Made by a program: the position numbers and the translations under genes
The notes under the pieces: generated by a model
Seen by the model: the letters and a program-made list of their open reading frames with translations, nothing else
Database searches by the model: none
What the model was told of the DNA's origin: nothing
Source: Candidatus Methylomirabilis oxygeniifera
GTDB taxonomy: Bacteria; Methylomirabilota; Methylomirabilia; Methylomirabilales; Methylomirabilaceae
Assembly: GCA_000091165.1 (NCBI GenBank)
Contig: FP565575.1
Coordinates: 1,350,001-1,382,000, forward strand
Reading direction: 5' to 3'
Length of the DNA: 32,000 nt
Shown: one piece after another, positions 1-8,642 of the stretch
Numbering within the stretch: position 1 is the stretch's first letter
Layout of the letters: each line of letters opens with the position of its first letter

Positions 1-159
1 GGCTCGTCCGAGGGTGATAACCGGCGGATGCTCCATAAGAAGCAGGACATCCTCGAGGCGGTCCTCAGTCCGAAGGGTTGCCAGCCGCCGCTGCAGGGCA
101 AGCGCGTCAGCATAGGGCACAAGTCCGAGGTCGATCAGACTACAAGCCTTCACTGTCAC
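1..159 (-). CDS. lipB: Octanoyltransferase LipB, N-terminal part only (gene continues beyond the left edge)
   Basis: Manual minus-strand translation from 153: (V/M)KACSLIDLGLVPYADALALQRRLATLRTEDRLEDVLLLMEHPPVITLGRA, with the LipB-like LLLxEHPPVxTLGR motif. Start is probably GTG at 159 or 153. Absent from the ORF track because it is truncated. Confidence 0.86.
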   Translation of the reverse strand, partial: MTVKACSLIDLGLVPYADALALQRRLATLRTEDRLEDVLLLMEHPPVITLGRA

Positions 160-183
160 TATTCCAAACGTACGAACGAAGGC

Positions 184-277
184 GTCATTGCGAGGAGCGT
201 AGCGACGAAGCAATCTCGCAGTCTTTTAGTAGGAGAACGGTGAGATTGCCGCGCTCCTGTTGGTCGCTCGCAATGAC
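184..277. repeat. Palindromic interspersed repeat, copy 1 (GTCATTGCGAG family, ~94 bp)
   Basis: Begins gtcattgcgaggagcg and ends ggtcgctcgcaatgac; internal gcaatctcgc and gtgagattgcc form a second pairing. Same family at 17071-17160 and a half copy at 28656-28698. Confidence 0.9.
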
Positions 278-339
278 AAAGCAACAATATTTGATGTATT
301 TCCTACAGCGGTCCTGGACTCTCTTCCCTACACCCTGCC

Positions 340-1746
340 TTATACATGGAGGGCGCGTCCAAGGACGGCCAGGGCAGCCTCGCCCATCGCTTCGGAAAGC
401 GTGGGATGGGCATGGATCGACTCGGCAATCTCCTCCGGAGTGGCCTCCATCGCGATCGCCAGGCCGGCCTCAGCAATCAGTTCGGTGGCATGGGCACCGA
501 TAATGTGTACGCCCAGGATCTCTCCGTGTCTCGCATCCGCGATCACCTTGACCATCCCTTCGGTTTCGCCGAGGGTCATCGCCATCCCGCTGGCACTGAA
601 AGGGAACCGACCGACGCGTATCGTGTGCCCCTCAGCCTTCGCCTTCGCCTCGGTCAAGCCGATGCTGGCAACCTGCGGATAGCAGTAGGTACAGCTTGGG
701 ATCCTCCTGAGATCCGCCGACGCCGCATCCTCCAACTTGGCCATCTTTTCGACGGCCTTGATCCCATCGTGAGACGCCTTGTGGGCCAGGAGCGGCGCAC
801 CGGCAAGATCGCCGATAGCATAGATGCCGGCAACACTGGACTCCATCTGCTCATTCACTGCGACAAATCCCTTCTTCGTGGCGACCCCCAGCTCTTTCAA
901 GCCGCCTACCTCCGAGTTCGGTAGTCTACCGACCGCCACCAGGACCGTCTCGCCAAGCAACTCTTGGCTCTTGCCGTTGCTCGACACCCTGACCTTGGCC
1001 TGTCCCGCCTCAACGATTACCCGCTCTACGCTGGTGTTCGTAAGAATCTTGATCCCCTTCTTGGTCAACGCGCGGTGGAGCAGGGCCGTAATCTCCTCGT
1101 CCTCATACGGAAGGATCGTCGGGAGCAGTTCGACGAGCGTCACGGCCGTTCCATAGGCCTGATAGATATCGGCGAATTCTACGCCGATCGCTCCGGCACC
1201 GATGATGATCATCGAAGCGGGGACCCGAGTCAGCAGCATGGCTTCGGTACTGGTCAGTATGACCTTGCCATCGACTGTGACGTTAGGCAGTAGCCTGGGT
1301 CTCGATCCGGTTGCCAAAAGGATCCGTTCGGCGCGGATCCCCTCACTCCTCTTTCCGTCTCTGCCTGTGACCTCCAGTTCCCTGGCCGAGGTGAGGCGAG
1401 CCTCCCCGGAGAAGAGCGCGACTTTATTCTTACGCATCAGAAACTCAATACCCTTGGACAGCCGTTCGGCCTTCTCGCGGCTGCGCTTAACGGCAATGCC
1501 GAAGTCCGCCCTGAGGTTATCCGTGTGAATCCCGAACTCCCCGGCGCGGCGCATCAGGGACAGCACCTGTGAACTCTGAAGCAATGCCTTCGTCGGGATG
1601 CAACCCCAGTTGAGACAGACTCCACCCAAACGGTCCCGCTCGACGAGCGCCACCCGCATCCCGAGTTGTGCGGCGCGGATCGATGCAACGTAGCCGCCGG
1701 GACCCGCCCCGACCACTGCCAGATCAAATATTCGCTCGTCCACCAT
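340..1746 (-). CDS. lpdA: Dihydrolipoyl dehydrogenase (E3)
   Basis: FAD-binding GAGPGGYVASIRAAQLG, redox-active GGVCLNWGCIPTKALL, C-terminal HAHPTLSEAMGEA. Confidence 0.96.
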   Translation of the reverse strand: MVDERIFDLAVVGAGPGGYVASIRAAQLGMRVALVERDRLGGVCLNWGCIPTKALLQSSQVLSLMRRAGEFGIHTDNLRADFGIAVKRSREKAERLSKGIEFLMRKNKVALFSGEARLTSARELEVTGRDGKRSEGIRAERILLATGSRPRLLPNVTVDGKVILTSTEAMLLTRVPASMIIIGAGAIGVEFADIYQAYGTAVTLVELLPTILPYEDEEITALLHRALTKKGIKILTNTSVERVIVEAGQAKVRVSSNGKSQELLGETVLVAVGRLPNSEVGGLKELGVATKKGFVAVNEQMESSVAGIYAIGDLAGAPLLAHKASHDGIKAVEKMAKLEDAASADLRRIPSCTYCYPQVASIGLTEAKAKAEGHTIRVGRFPFSASGMAMTLGETEGMVKVIADARHGEILGVHIIGAHATELIAEAGLAIAMEATPEEIAESIHAHPTLSEAMGEAALAVLGRALHV

Positions 1747-1748
1747 CC

Positions 1749-2996
1749 CTACTCCGGCTGCACAACGAGCTGAAGCGGCTGTTCCAGCAGTCGTTTCACC
1801 TCTTGAAGGAATATCGCCCCGATTGCGCCATCCACCGCCCGATGATCACACGACAGTGTCATCCGCATCCGCTGGCCGATCTGCACATCTCCATTCGCCA
1901 CGACCGGCTTACTCTGTATCCTGCCGACGGCCAGGATGGCAGCCTCCGGAGGGTTGATGATCGCGGTGAACTCTTCTATCTCATACATGCCAAGGTTCGA
2001 CACGGTGAAGGTCGCTCCGACATACTCTTCGGATCGTAACTTCAAGGCCCTGGCTCGTTCGACGAGATTCTTCGCCTCTTTGGCGATCTGTATCAGGCTT
2101 TTCTTGCCGCAGTCGCGCAACACCGGATTGATCAATCCATCCTCAAGCGCAACCGCAATACCGATATTGACCTGAGAGTAGACACGAATCCGATCGTCCA
2201 TGAATGATGCATTCATCGCCGGATGTCGCCTCAGTGCCATCACCACTGCCCTGATGATGATATCGGTAAAGGTCACCTTGAGGTCCGGCGCCTGGTCCTG
2301 CATCGCCTGACGCAACTCCGCGGCCTTTTCCATTGCTACCTCGACGGTGAGGTAGAAGTGGGGTACCGTCGCCGTACTTTGAGCCACGCGCTTGGCAATC
2401 GCCCTCCGCATTGGGGACAGCTCCCGATCCTCAAACTCTACGGATGGCGCGGGTGGGGTCATCGCGGTAACTCGCCCTGCAATCAAAGGTGGCCGCTGAC
2501 CGACATCCGCAGTCGATGGTACCATAGCAGCCAGATCCCGGCGGATGATCCGTCCCCCGGGGCCCGATCCCTTCACTGCCGACAGGTCGATCCCCTGCGC
2601 TCTGGCAAGCCTCTTTGCCAGGGGTGAGGCCTTCACGCGCCCGGCAGTGACCGCCTGAAAAGCGGGGGACACCGGCGCAGAGGCGCCTGGCCGAGCCGAT
2701 GTCGCCGATTGAACGGCTGAGCCTGTCACCGGAGGCAGCAGTGTCGAAATATCCTCATCTTCCTCAGCGATCACGCCGATCGGGTGGCCGACCGGCGCCG
2801 ACTGGCCCGCCCCGATCAGAATCTTCCGAAGGGTACCGGATCCAAAGGCTTCCATCTCAATATCTGCCTTATCGGTCTGGATCTCAGCGATGATTTCACC
2901 CCCCTCGACTCGATCTCCTTCTCGCTTCAGCCATCGAAGGATCTTTCCCTCCTCCATGGTATCGCTCAACCGAGGCATGACCACAGACATGGCCAT
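1749..2996 (-). CDS. pdhC: Dihydrolipoyllysine-residue acetyltransferase (pyruvate dehydrogenase E2)
   Basis: N-terminal lipoyl domain (GGEIIAEIQTDKADIEME), subunit-binding domain (ASPLAKRLARAQGIDLSAVKGSGPGGRI), catalytic SCDHRAVDGAIGA. Confidence 0.95.
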   Translation of the reverse strand: MAMSVVMPRLSDTMEEGKILRWLKREGDRVEGGEIIAEIQTDKADIEMEAFGSGTLRKILIGAGQSAPVGHPIGVIAEEDEDISTLLPPVTGSAVQSATSARPGASAPVSPAFQAVTAGRVKASPLAKRLARAQGIDLSAVKGSGPGGRIIRRDLAAMVPSTADVGQRPPLIAGRVTAMTPPAPSVEFEDRELSPMRRAIAKRVAQSTATVPHFYLTVEVAMEKAAELRQAMQDQAPDLKVTFTDIIIRAVVMALRRHPAMNASFMDDRIRVYSQVNIGIAVALEDGLINPVLRDCGKKSLIQIAKEAKNLVERARALKLRSEEYVGATFTVSNLGMYEIEEFTAIINPPEAAILAVGRIQSKPVVANGDVQIGQRMRMTLSCDHRAVDGAIGAIFLQEVKRLLEQPLQLVVQPE

Positions 2997-3015
2997 CGTC
3001 TTGTCCTTTCGTAAA

Positions 3016-3137
3016 GACAGGGTGTAGGGTAAAGGGTCTAGGGTTTAGGGTATGGAGAAAGGCTAAGGAGGAGACCGCAATGAAAGAGCGGATCAGAACC
3101 TCTGGCTCTTGAGGCTATACCCTCCACCCTATCCCTT
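3016..3137. repeat. Telomere-like GGGTNTAGGG intergenic repeat with inverted right arm
   Basis: Left arm acagggtgtagggtaaagggtctagggtttagggtat; right arm ataccctccaccctatccctttt. Related element at 30985-31067. Confidence 0.7.
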
Positions 3138-3139
3138 TT

Positions 3140-4117
3140 CTAGATCGCTAGAACCTTCTTGACCGCCGCAACGACCCGTTCTTTGCTCGGGGCCTTGGCA
3201 CGCTCAAGATTCTTCGCATATGGCGTCGGGGCATTAGCGCCCGTTACCCGCTCCACCGGCGCGTCCAAGTAATCGAAGGCCTGCTCAGAAATGATTTCAC
3301 CGATCACCGTCCCAATCCCGCCGAACCCGGCGCCGGCCTCCATGACCACAGCCCGATTGGTCTTCTTGATCGACTCGATGATGAGCTCGGTATCCAGCGG
3401 GCGGAGCGTACGTGGATCCACCACCTCGACGGAGATCCCCTCCTTCTCCAGATCCTCTGCCGCCTGCAAGGCCAGCAGGAGCATTGTGGAGTAGGCCACG
3501 ATGGTGACATCGCGCCCCTCTCGCTTGATTTCGCCGACCCCAAGCGGGATGGTGTAGTCTCCATCCGGCACCTCACCCTTGGTGCCGTACAGCAACTCTG
3601 ACTCGATGAAGATCACCGGGTCATCATCACGAATCGCACTCTTTAGGAGTCCCTTCGCATCCCTGGGGGTCCCCGGACGCACGATCTTGAGACCGGGAAC
3701 ATGGTAGAAGTACGACTCCATACTCTGGGAGTGCTGAGCCGCTAATTGGTGCGCCGGGCCGCCGGGGCCGCGGATAACCATCGGGACGTTGTACTGACCG
3801 CCGGACATATACAGGATCTTCGCCGCTTGATTGACAATCTGATCGATCGCCACCAGCGCGAAGTTAAAGGTCATCATCTCCACAATCGGCCGCAAGCCGA
3901 CCATGGCCGCTCCGATACCGACGCCGGTAAACCCGGCCTCGCTGATCGGGGTATCGATGACTCGCTTCGGGCCAAACTCCTCAAGCAGGCCCTGACTGAC
4001 CTTATAGGCCCCCTGGTACAGGCCTACCTCCTCGCCCATAAGGAACACACGAGGGTCCCGGCGCATCTCTTCACGCAGTGCCTGATTCAGGGCCTCTCGA
4101 TAGGTTATGATTGCCAT
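3140..4117 (-). CDS. pdhB: Pyruvate dehydrogenase E1 component, beta subunit
   Basis: MAIITYREALNQALREEMRRDPRVFLMGEEVGLYQGAYKVSQGLLEEFGPKRVIDTPISEAGFTGVGIGAAM. Start moved to the ATG at 4117; the upstream extension in the track is not family-like. Confidence 0.96.
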   Translation of the reverse strand: MAIITYREALNQALREEMRRDPRVFLMGEEVGLYQGAYKVSQGLLEEFGPKRVIDTPISEAGFTGVGIGAAMVGLRPIVEMMTFNFALVAIDQIVNQAAKILYMSGGQYNVPMVIRGPGGPAHQLAAQHSQSMESYFYHVPGLKIVRPGTPRDAKGLLKSAIRDDDPVIFIESELLYGTKGEVPDGDYTIPLGVGEIKREGRDVTIVAYSTMLLLALQAAEDLEKEGISVEVVDPRTLRPLDTELIIESIKKTNRAVVMEAGAGFGGIGTVIGEIISEQAFDYLDAPVERVTGANAPTPYAKNLERAKAPSKERVVAAVKKVLAI

Positions 4118-4133
4118 ACGTTCGTTGCCTCCC

Positions 4134-5105
4134 TCAACGCTCTGAGACGTAGACGTCGGTGCACAGCCACTCCACCGGCGGCTCCGGGGAGGCATCGGCG
4201 TACCGGACGGCCTCCTCCACTGTGACTCGGACCTCCTTCTCCAGCGCCTTCCAATCCGACTCCTTGATCATCGCCTCCGCCGTAAGATAATCCCGGAACA
4301 GTACGAGGGGATCCCGTTGCTTTTCCCGCTCGATCTCCTCTTTCGTTCGATAGGTCCCCGGATCCGCCATCGAGTGTCCGCGGAATCGATACGTCTTCGC
4401 CTCAATGAGGGATGGGATACGTTCTCGTCGCGCCCGCTCAACAGCCGTTCCCACACACTCCCGAACGGCCAGAACATCCATTCCATCTACCGCCTCGCCG
4501 GGCATCCCGTATGCCTCAGCCCGTCGGTACAGCTCCTTGACCGGCGTCGCGCGCTCTACGGCGGTCCCCATACCGTAGCGGTTGTTCTCGCAAATATAGA
4601 CGATCGGCAGGTGCCACAGGGCTGCCAGATTGAACGCCTCATGAAACACCCCCTGGTTGACGGCAGCGTCTCCAAAGAAGCAGAGCGTGACCTGATCCTT
4701 GCCCTCATACTGGCTCGCAAAGGCGGCGCCGGTCCCGATCGGGATCTGTCCCGCTACGATCGCATGGCCGCCCAGGAAGTTATGCGTCTTGTCGAACAGG
4801 TGCATCGAACCGCCCTTACCCTTACAGAGGCCATCGGCCCGCCCGAACAGCTCTGCCATGATCTTCCCCGGATCGCAGCCCCTCGCTAAGGCATGGCCGT
4901 GTTCCCGGTAGCTGGCAATGACATAGTCGTCCGGTCGTAATACGGAGAGGGCGCCTGTCGCCACCGCCTCCTGACCGATATACAGATGGAGGAAGCCGCC
5001 GATCTTCCCCATAGTGTACATCTCCGCACACTTCTCCTCAAACCGACGCATCAGGAGCATCTGCCGGAGCAGTTCCACCAGCTCCTTCCGCTCTAACTTC
5101 CGCAT
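4134..5105 (-). CDS. pdhA: Pyruvate dehydrogenase E1 component, alpha subunit
   Basis: TPP-binding GDAAVNQGVFHEAFNLAALWHLPIVYICENN, plus YRFRGHSMADPGTYRTKEE. Start placed at the ATG at 5105. Confidence 0.96.
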   Translation of the reverse strand: MRKLERKELVELLRQMLLMRRFEEKCAEMYTMGKIGGFLHLYIGQEAVATGALSVLRPDDYVIASYREHGHALARGCDPGKIMAELFGRADGLCKGKGGSMHLFDKTHNFLGGHAIVAGQIPIGTGAAFASQYEGKDQVTLCFFGDAAVNQGVFHEAFNLAALWHLPIVYICENNRYGMGTAVERATPVKELYRRAEAYGMPGEAVDGMDVLAVRECVGTAVERARRERIPSLIEAKTYRFRGHSMADPGTYRTKEEIEREKQRDPLVLFRDYLTAEAMIKESDWKALEKEVRVTVEEAVRYADASPEPPVEWLCTDVYVSER

Positions 5106-5128
5106 AGTTTCGTCCTCCCTGCCTGTGC

Positions 5129-6175
5129 CTATCCGCACGCAGACAGGCTGCTCTCACGCTTCCGGCCAACTTCGTCAGCCTGACCGCGGGCATGATACGA
5201 ACTTCGGACCAACGGCCCGGACTCCACGTGCTTGAATCCCATCCCTTCCCCAATCACCTTCAATTCCCTGAACTCCTCAGGAGTATAATACTTCCTGATC
5301 GGTACATGCGCGTAACTTGGCCGCAGGTATTGTCCCAGCGTCAGGATATCGCAATCGACCCCCCTCAGGTCCGCCATCGTCCGGAGCAGTTCTTGCCATG
5401 TCTCCCCGAACCCCACAATCACCCCAGACTTCGTGACTAACCCAGGCGCTATTCGCCGCGCATTGGCTAGAAGCTCCAGTGACTGCTCATAGCCCGATCC
5501 GGGGCGAACCTCCTGATACAACCGGGGAACAGTTTCCACGTTGTGGCTGAGAATAGCCGGCGCAGCATCGACAACCGTTCTCAGGGCTGCCTCACTGCCA
5601 CGGAAATCAGGAACCAGCACCTCGACACTGCATCCCGGCGAACGCTCTCGAATTCGATGAATCACTGCTGCAAAGATCCTCGCGCCGCCGTCGGCCAGGT
5701 CGTCGCGATTCACAGAGGTGATAACCACGTGGACCAACTCAAGCTCGCATATCGCCTTGGCCACACGCTCGGGCTCGGCTAGGTCGAGTTCTGTCGGCCG
5801 GCCGTGTGTAGCGGCGCAGAAACCGCAGTTGCGGGTGCAGATCTCGCCCAGGATGAGGAAGGTTGCCGTGAGTTGCTGCCAGCACTCACCAATATTGGGA
5901 CAGAGGGCCTCTTCGCAGATCGTATGAAGTTGCTGCTCTCGGACGAGTCGCTTCAACCGAAGGTAATTGGGCGATCCTGGAGCTTTAACCTTCAGCCATG
6001 GTGGCTTGGGTGAGCCGACGCTCTCAGGAAGTAACAACAGCGGCGTTGCCTTATCCGGTTGGAGCACACATGCCTCGTTCGAACCCGCAACAATATCTCG
6101 ATCAGGTCGCCGTATGGGCAGGCGGAGTACTAGCGCACTGCGTGATTGTCTATCATGTCTTGATCGGTCTGTCAA
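5129..6175 (-). CDS. lipA: Lipoyl synthase (start uncertain)
   Basis: CEEALCPNIGECW and radical SAM CTRNCGFC motif, VVITSVNRDDLADGGA, SGVIVGFGE, LTLGQYLRPS. The 6175 start is TTG; the true start is probably downstream, near PKPPWLKVKAPG. Confidence 0.95.
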   Translation of the reverse strand: MTDRSRHDRQSRSALVLRLPIRRPDRDIVAGSNEACVLQPDKATPLLLLPESVGSPKPPWLKVKAPGSPNYLRLKRLVREQQLHTICEEALCPNIGECWQQLTATFLILGEICTRNCGFCAATHGRPTELDLAEPERVAKAICELELVHVVITSVNRDDLADGGARIFAAVIHRIRERSPGCSVEVLVPDFRGSEAALRTVVDAAPAILSHNVETVPRLYQEVRPGSGYEQSLELLANARRIAPGLVTKSGVIVGFGETWQELLRTMADLRGVDCDILTLGQYLRPSYAHVPIRKYYTPEEFRELKVIGEGMGFKHVESGPLVRSSYHARGQADEVGRKRESSLSACG

Positions 6176-7044
6176 CCGTCTATGGAAGAGTTCACCTGAC
6201 CTGACCGATTACCCGGCGCTCGCGCGGTGCGTGCGGCGAGCAACTGTTCGAATCGTGCCTCCGGTAAGGCCGGTTTCCCAAGCCCTATCGAGCGGAGCCC
6301 CCCCGTCCCGTGGTAGTCAGAGCCGCCAACCGCCAATAGATCGTATTCCAGACGTATTCGCTCATAATGGAATACCGATCCGGCATCGTGTTCCGGATGA
6401 TACACCTCCAGCCCGTCAAGACCATGCTGCACAAGGAATGGGACAATCTCGTCGTGGTTATAGTCTCCCGGATGCGCGAGGGAGGCCATACCTCCGGCCT
6501 CCTTGACGGCACGTATCGCCAGAGCGGCAGGAATCCTGGAACGTTCTACGTAGCCGGGCTTTCCGAACGTCAGATACCGATCAAATGCCTCCTTCAGCGA
6601 CACCACATATCCGCGCCTGATCATCGCCTGTGCCACATGGGGCCGTCCAACTGAGGGACCTGACGCCAGGCTCAAGACCTCATCAACGTCCAGAGGGAGA
6701 CCAAGAGTCCAGAGCTTCTCGGTCATCCGACGAGCCCTCTCGATCCGGTCGTTGCGGGAGGAGGCAAGGAATTCGGCCAGCCGGTTATCATCCGAATCAA
6801 TGAAATGCCCCAAGATGTGAATCTCCAGGTCCTCCACATGGGCCGTAATCTCGACGCCCGCAACAACCTGTATCCCCACTCGCTCGGCCTCCGCCATCGC
6901 CATAGGGAGACCCTCCAGAGTGTCATGATCGGTAAGGGCTAGAACGGAGAGTCCGGAATCTTTTGCGAGGTGTACGAGTTCCTGGGGAGAAAGGACGCCG
7001 TCAGAGGCGGTCGAGTGGGCATGCAGATCGATCAGGCGCATCAC
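6172..7044 (-). CDS. PHP-domain metal-dependent phosphoesterase (YciV / RNase AM-like)
   Basis: MRLIDLHAHSTASDGVLSPQELV, ALTDHDTLEGL, GVEITA, SLAHPG, GGSDYHG metal-binding motifs. Confidence 0.9.
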   Translation of the reverse strand: MMRLIDLHAHSTASDGVLSPQELVHLAKDSGLSVLALTDHDTLEGLPMAMAEAERVGIQVVAGVEITAHVEDLEIHILGHFIDSDDNRLAEFLASSRNDRIERARRMTEKLWTLGLPLDVDEVLSLASGPSVGRPHVAQAMIRRGYVVSLKEAFDRYLTFGKPGYVERSRIPAALAIRAVKEAGGMASLAHPGDYNHDEIVPFLVQHGLDGLEVYHPEHDAGSVFHYERIRLEYDLLAVGGSDYHGTGGLRSIGLGKPALPEARFEQLLAARTARAPGNRSGQVNSSIDG

Positions 7045-7046
7045 GT

Positions 7047-7075
7047 AAGCTGTCAGCTATTGGCTGTCAACTGTT
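7047..7075. repeat. TCAGC-type heptad repeat at the fdhD 3' end
   Basis: taagctgtcagctattggctgtcaactgt; similar strings at 21041, 24799 and 25682. Confidence 0.45.
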
Positions 7076-7862
7076 GGATGTGAGACAGGCTACCGGCGGT
7101 CACCCGCTGTGACAGTACACGCTCAGGATGACTGTAGACATTAAACCCTTCACTTCGGCAATAGCCGATCACGGTAATGCCGAAGCGCTTAGCCGCAGCA
7201 ATAGCAAGACTGGTAGGCGAGGTTCGAGAAATGACAAACGGAGTCCGCATATGGGCCCCCTTGCGGAGCATCTCAGACGAGATACGGCCCGTGGACAGGA
7301 GGATATTCCCGGCGGTTGGAATCCCTTGCAGCAGCGCTTCACCGTGGATTTTGTCTAATGCGTTATGTCGGCCGACGTCCTCAGCGACCAACAACAAACT
7401 CTTTCCGTCGCTCAGGGCCGCAGCATGAATGCCGCGCGACTGCCGATAGAGATACGCCTCGGCATAGAGTTGTTTCATCAGATCGAACGGTTGCTCCGGG
7501 CACAGAACCGCTTCCTCGGGAAACGCCTTAAATCCCTCCATCGGCATACCGAATGTGATGCCTCCGGTGCACCCGGAGGTTAAGATGCGACGACGCGGAG
7601 GGGTAAACGCCGTAGCCAATCTGACATCCGCTACCGCCTCCTCGGGAAAGACCTCCAGCGACTGAACCTCGTCGAGCGCCTGGATGATCCCCTCAAAGCT
7701 CAAAAATCCCAGAACCAGGTAATCGAGTTTGACCGGCGTACACAGCAGCGTCGCCAGCTCATGCCCGTTGACAAAGATTGTGAGGGACTGCTCCCCCACC
7801 ACCGGTATCTCGACCGTCTCAAATGATCCGCCGCGATATCGAACGATCCGATACATCGACAT
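7053..7862 (-). CDS. fdhD: FdhD-family sulfurtransferase for formate dehydrogenase maturation
   Basis: DVGRHNALDKIHGEAL, LSTGRISSEMLRKGAHMRTPFVISRTSPTSLAIAAAKRFGITVIGYCR. Start at ATG 7862 favoured. Confidence 0.88.
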   Translation of the reverse strand: MSMYRIVRYRGGSFETVEIPVVGEQSLTIFVNGHELATLLCTPVKLDYLVLGFLSFEGIIQALDEVQSLEVFPEEAVADVRLATAFTPPRRRILTSGCTGGITFGMPMEGFKAFPEEAVLCPEQPFDLMKQLYAEAYLYRQSRGIHAAALSDGKSLLLVAEDVGRHNALDKIHGEALLQGIPTAGNILLSTGRISSEMLRKGAHMRTPFVISRTSPTSLAIAAAKRFGITVIGYCRSEGFNVYSHPERVLSQRVTAGSLSHIQQLTANS

Positions 7863-7863
7863 C

Positions 7864-8586
7864 TTAGTACCAGAGGGCCCCAAGGACGTGCCCAATACCA
7901 TAGCCTGCAGCCGACACCAGCAGCCCGATCCCCAGCATCTCCAGTCCGCTACGCCACCAGACCTTCTTCGTCAGCAGCGTCTTACCCGCTCCGGTCGCAA
8001 AAAGGGCGAATGCGGCAACACTCATCGAGGCAATAAACGCCTCCCTGAGTCCCAGGAACAGGTACGGCAGAATCGGAAGAATAGCGCCAACACAGGAGGA
8101 GACTCCCATCAGCAAGCCGACCTTGACCGGGTTGTCGAATCGTTCCTCAATCAGCCCTAACTCCTCCACCATCATCGCCTTCAGCAAGCGATCCTTGTCG
8201 GCGGTCAGCCGCGTAACCACCAGCTCGACCTCATCTTCTTGAAAGCCCTTATTCCGATAGATCTGGCGCATCTCGTCGCGTTCCCGATCCGGCATCGTCT
8301 CGATTTCCAGACGTTCGCGCGCGATCTCTCGCTGGTAGAGTTCCCGTTCCGATTTAGTCGAAAGATAGGCTCCGAATCCCATCGAAAGGGTCTGAGCAAA
8401 GGCCTCTGCCAGACTGGCGATGACAATCATGCGCTGGCCGGCACTCGCCGCATTGACCCCGGCAAGAAAGGCAACGGTCGTAATGAGGCCGTCGTGTAGC
8501 CCGAAGACGACCTCACGAATGGCTCGGCCCCCAGGGAAATGCGAGCTCTCGTCAGTCTTCACGAACCCGATGCCGGCCGTGTTCAT
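7864..8586 (-). CDS. VIT1/CCC1-family membrane transporter
   Basis: REVVFGLHDGLITTVAFLAGVNAAS, LAEAFAQTLSMGFGAYLSTKSERELY; hydrophobic segments near the C-terminus. Confidence 0.86.
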   Translation of the reverse strand: MNTAGIGFVKTDESSHFPGGRAIREVVFGLHDGLITTVAFLAGVNAASAGQRMIVIASLAEAFAQTLSMGFGAYLSTKSERELYQREIARERLEIETMPDRERDEMRQIYRNKGFQEDEVELVVTRLTADKDRLLKAMMVEELGLIEERFDNPVKVGLLMGVSSCVGAILPILPYLFLGLREAFIASMSVAAFALFATGAGKTLLTKKVWWRSGLEMLGIGLLVSAAGYGIGHVLGALWY

Positions 8587-8642
8587 GCTCTCGCCGCTTA
8601 CGCCTGTCTGCATGCAACGCTCAGGCAAGCAGCATTCCGACG

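Noticed and set aside
184-277. Considered whether the GTCATTGCGAG palindromes could be part of a CRISPR array
   Set aside because: Copies are single, ~90 bp, kilobases apart and in opposite orientations, without regularly spaced direct repeats, spacers or cas genes.
78-503. Plus-strand ORFs at 28-243, 78-503 and minus-strand ORF 260-682 covering the palindromic repeat
   Set aside because: They run through the intergenic palindrome and the antisense strand of lpdA/lipB. Translations such as CEERSDEAI and RSVATKQS are typical artefacts of the GTCATTGCGAG repeat.
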